Shown here in pieces: positions 62,420 through 64,000 of a stretch of 64,000 bases of DNA. The translations under genes were made by a program, and so were the position numbers. The notes under the pieces are model-generated. The model did no database searches. It had not been told where the DNA came from and saw nothing but the letters and a program-made list of their open reading frames with translations. The DNA lies in NCBI GenBank assembly GCA_030324005.1, contig JARDVH010000097.1, forward strand, positions 63,049,852 through 63,113,851. Reading direction: 5' to 3'. The stretch's first letter is position 1. Every line of letters starts with the position of its first letter. This DNA comes from Negaprion brevirostris. Its lineage: Eukaryota.

Positions 62420-64000
62420 ATAGAATCCTGATGTTTAAGGATGATATAAGGGTAGTAATGAGAGATGATATAGGTTCTATGGAAAAAAGGTTGAATCCAT
62501 TTGTTGGAAATTAGAAATTGAAGAGAATAAGTCACTGATAGGCATAGTATATAGGCAACCAAATAATAACACTACAGTGGGGGAGCAATAAACAAGGAAA
62601 TAATCGATGCATGTGAAAATGGTATAGCAGTTATCATGAGGGATTTTAATTTACATGTCGATTGATCAAACCAGGTTGGTCAAGGCAGCCTTAAAGAGGA
62701 GTTCATACAATGTGCCTGCGATAGTTTCCTTGAACAGTATGTGATGGAACCTACGAGGAAGCAAGCTTTCCTAGTCTGGTCCCATGTAATGAGACAGGAA
62801 TAATTAATGATCTCACAGTTAGGATCCTCTTGGAAGGAGCGATCACAGTATGGTTGAAATTAAAATACAGATGGAGTGTTTAAAAGTAAAATCCAATACT
62901 AGTGTCTTGTGCTTTAACAAAGGAGATTACAATGAATGAGAGAGGAGTTGGCTAAGGTGGACTGGGAGAAAAAACTTTATGGTGGGACAACTGAGGAATA
63001 GTGGAGGACTTTCAAAATGGTTTTTTGCTGTGCTCAGCAAAAGTATATATGTGATAAGGAAGAACTGTAGGAAAAGAGGCAATCAGCCATAGGTACCTAA
63101 GGAAATAAAGGAGGGTATCAAATTGAAAGAAAATACATACAAAGTGGCAAAGATTAGTAAGAAACTAGAGGATTGGAAATCTTTAAAGGTCAACAGAAAG
63201 CCACGAAGAAAGCTACAAAATGTAAAATGGATTGTGAGAGTAAACTAGCTCAGAATATAAGAAGATTGCAAAAATTTCTATAAATATATAAAACAAAAAG
63301 AATGGCTAAAGTAAACATTGGTCTTTTAGACAATGAGAAGGGGGTTGTTATAACTGGAAGTGAAGAAATAGCCGAGGCGTTGAACAGGTATTTTATCGGT
63401 CTTCACAATGGGAGACAAATAACATGCCAGAAATTGATGTCAAGAAGGCTATGGCAGGTGAGGACCTAGAAATGATCACTCTCACTAAAGAGGTAGTGTT
63501 GGGCCAACTAATGGTGCTAAAGGTAGAAAAGTCTCCTGGCCTGATGGAATGCATCCCAGGGTACTACAAGAGGTGGCAGGGGAAATAGCAAATCTAGTTG
63601 TAGTAATATACTAAAATTCACTGGACTCTGGGGTGCTTCCCGCAGATTGGAAAACAGCAAATGTGACAAAGGTAGATAAAGGCAGGTAACTATGGGTCAG
63701 TTAGCTTAATTCCTGTAGTAGGGAAAATGCTTGAATTGATGATCATCGAGGAAGAAATAGTGAGACATCTGGGTAGAAATTGTCCCATTGGGAAGAAGCA
63801 GCATGGGTTCATATGAAAAATAGGTCATGTTTAATGAATTTACTGGAGTCCTTTGAACACATTAGGAGTATGATAGACAATGGGGAAACAGTGGATGTGG
63901 TGCATCTGGATTTCCAGAAGCCATTTGACAAGGTGCCGCACCAAAGTCTGCTGCTTAAGATAAAGGTGCACAGTGTTATGAGTGATATATTAGTATTGGT
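62420..64000 (+). mobile_element. Long degenerate CR1 ORF2 (endonuclease-RT), runs off the window end
   Basis: IGIVYRQPN, IMRDFN, KSPG.DGMHPRVL, DWKTANVT and DVVHLDFQKPFDKVPH motifs with stops and frameshifts. Confidence 0.92.

Noticed and set aside
1-64000. CRISPR arrays, operons or other prokaryotic systems
   Set aside because: The sequence is an intron-rich vertebrate locus with no regularly spaced repeat-spacer structure

Overview
Vertebrate genomic DNA, almost certainly from a shark or other elasmobranch, judged from its HE1/V-type SINEs and CR1/HER1-type LINEs. It comes from a gapped assembly in which most N-runs sit inside repeats. The window is dominated by the + strand RANBP2 (Nup358) gene, from the exon equivalent to human exon 4 (2823) to the stop codon (53173). 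I reconstructed the exons by hand from GT-AG sites and phase continuity. They encode the N-terminal helical domain, a 4.6-kb giant exon (RanBD1, five RanBP2-type zinc fingers, RanBD2, BICD2/kinesin-binding region, RanBD3), the IR1-M-IR2 SUMO E3 region, RanBD4 and the cyclophilin domain. About 5 kb downstream, a CpG-rich promoter and first coding exon probably belong to CCDC138, the syntenic neighbour in human. Most interesting observations: (i) two candidate extra in-frame exons that look like duplicates of the M-segment exon inside the SUMO E3 module; (ii) a symmetric 78-nt cassette exon followed by RBFOX motifs; (iii) non-human residues at three ANE1 disease positions, and Val at cyclophilin position 61; (iv) palindromic Penelope-like repeats carrying decayed hammerhead ribozyme cores; (v) a 28S rRNA fragment embedded in repeat-like DNA. 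Comparisons with human sequences are from memory and need alignment.
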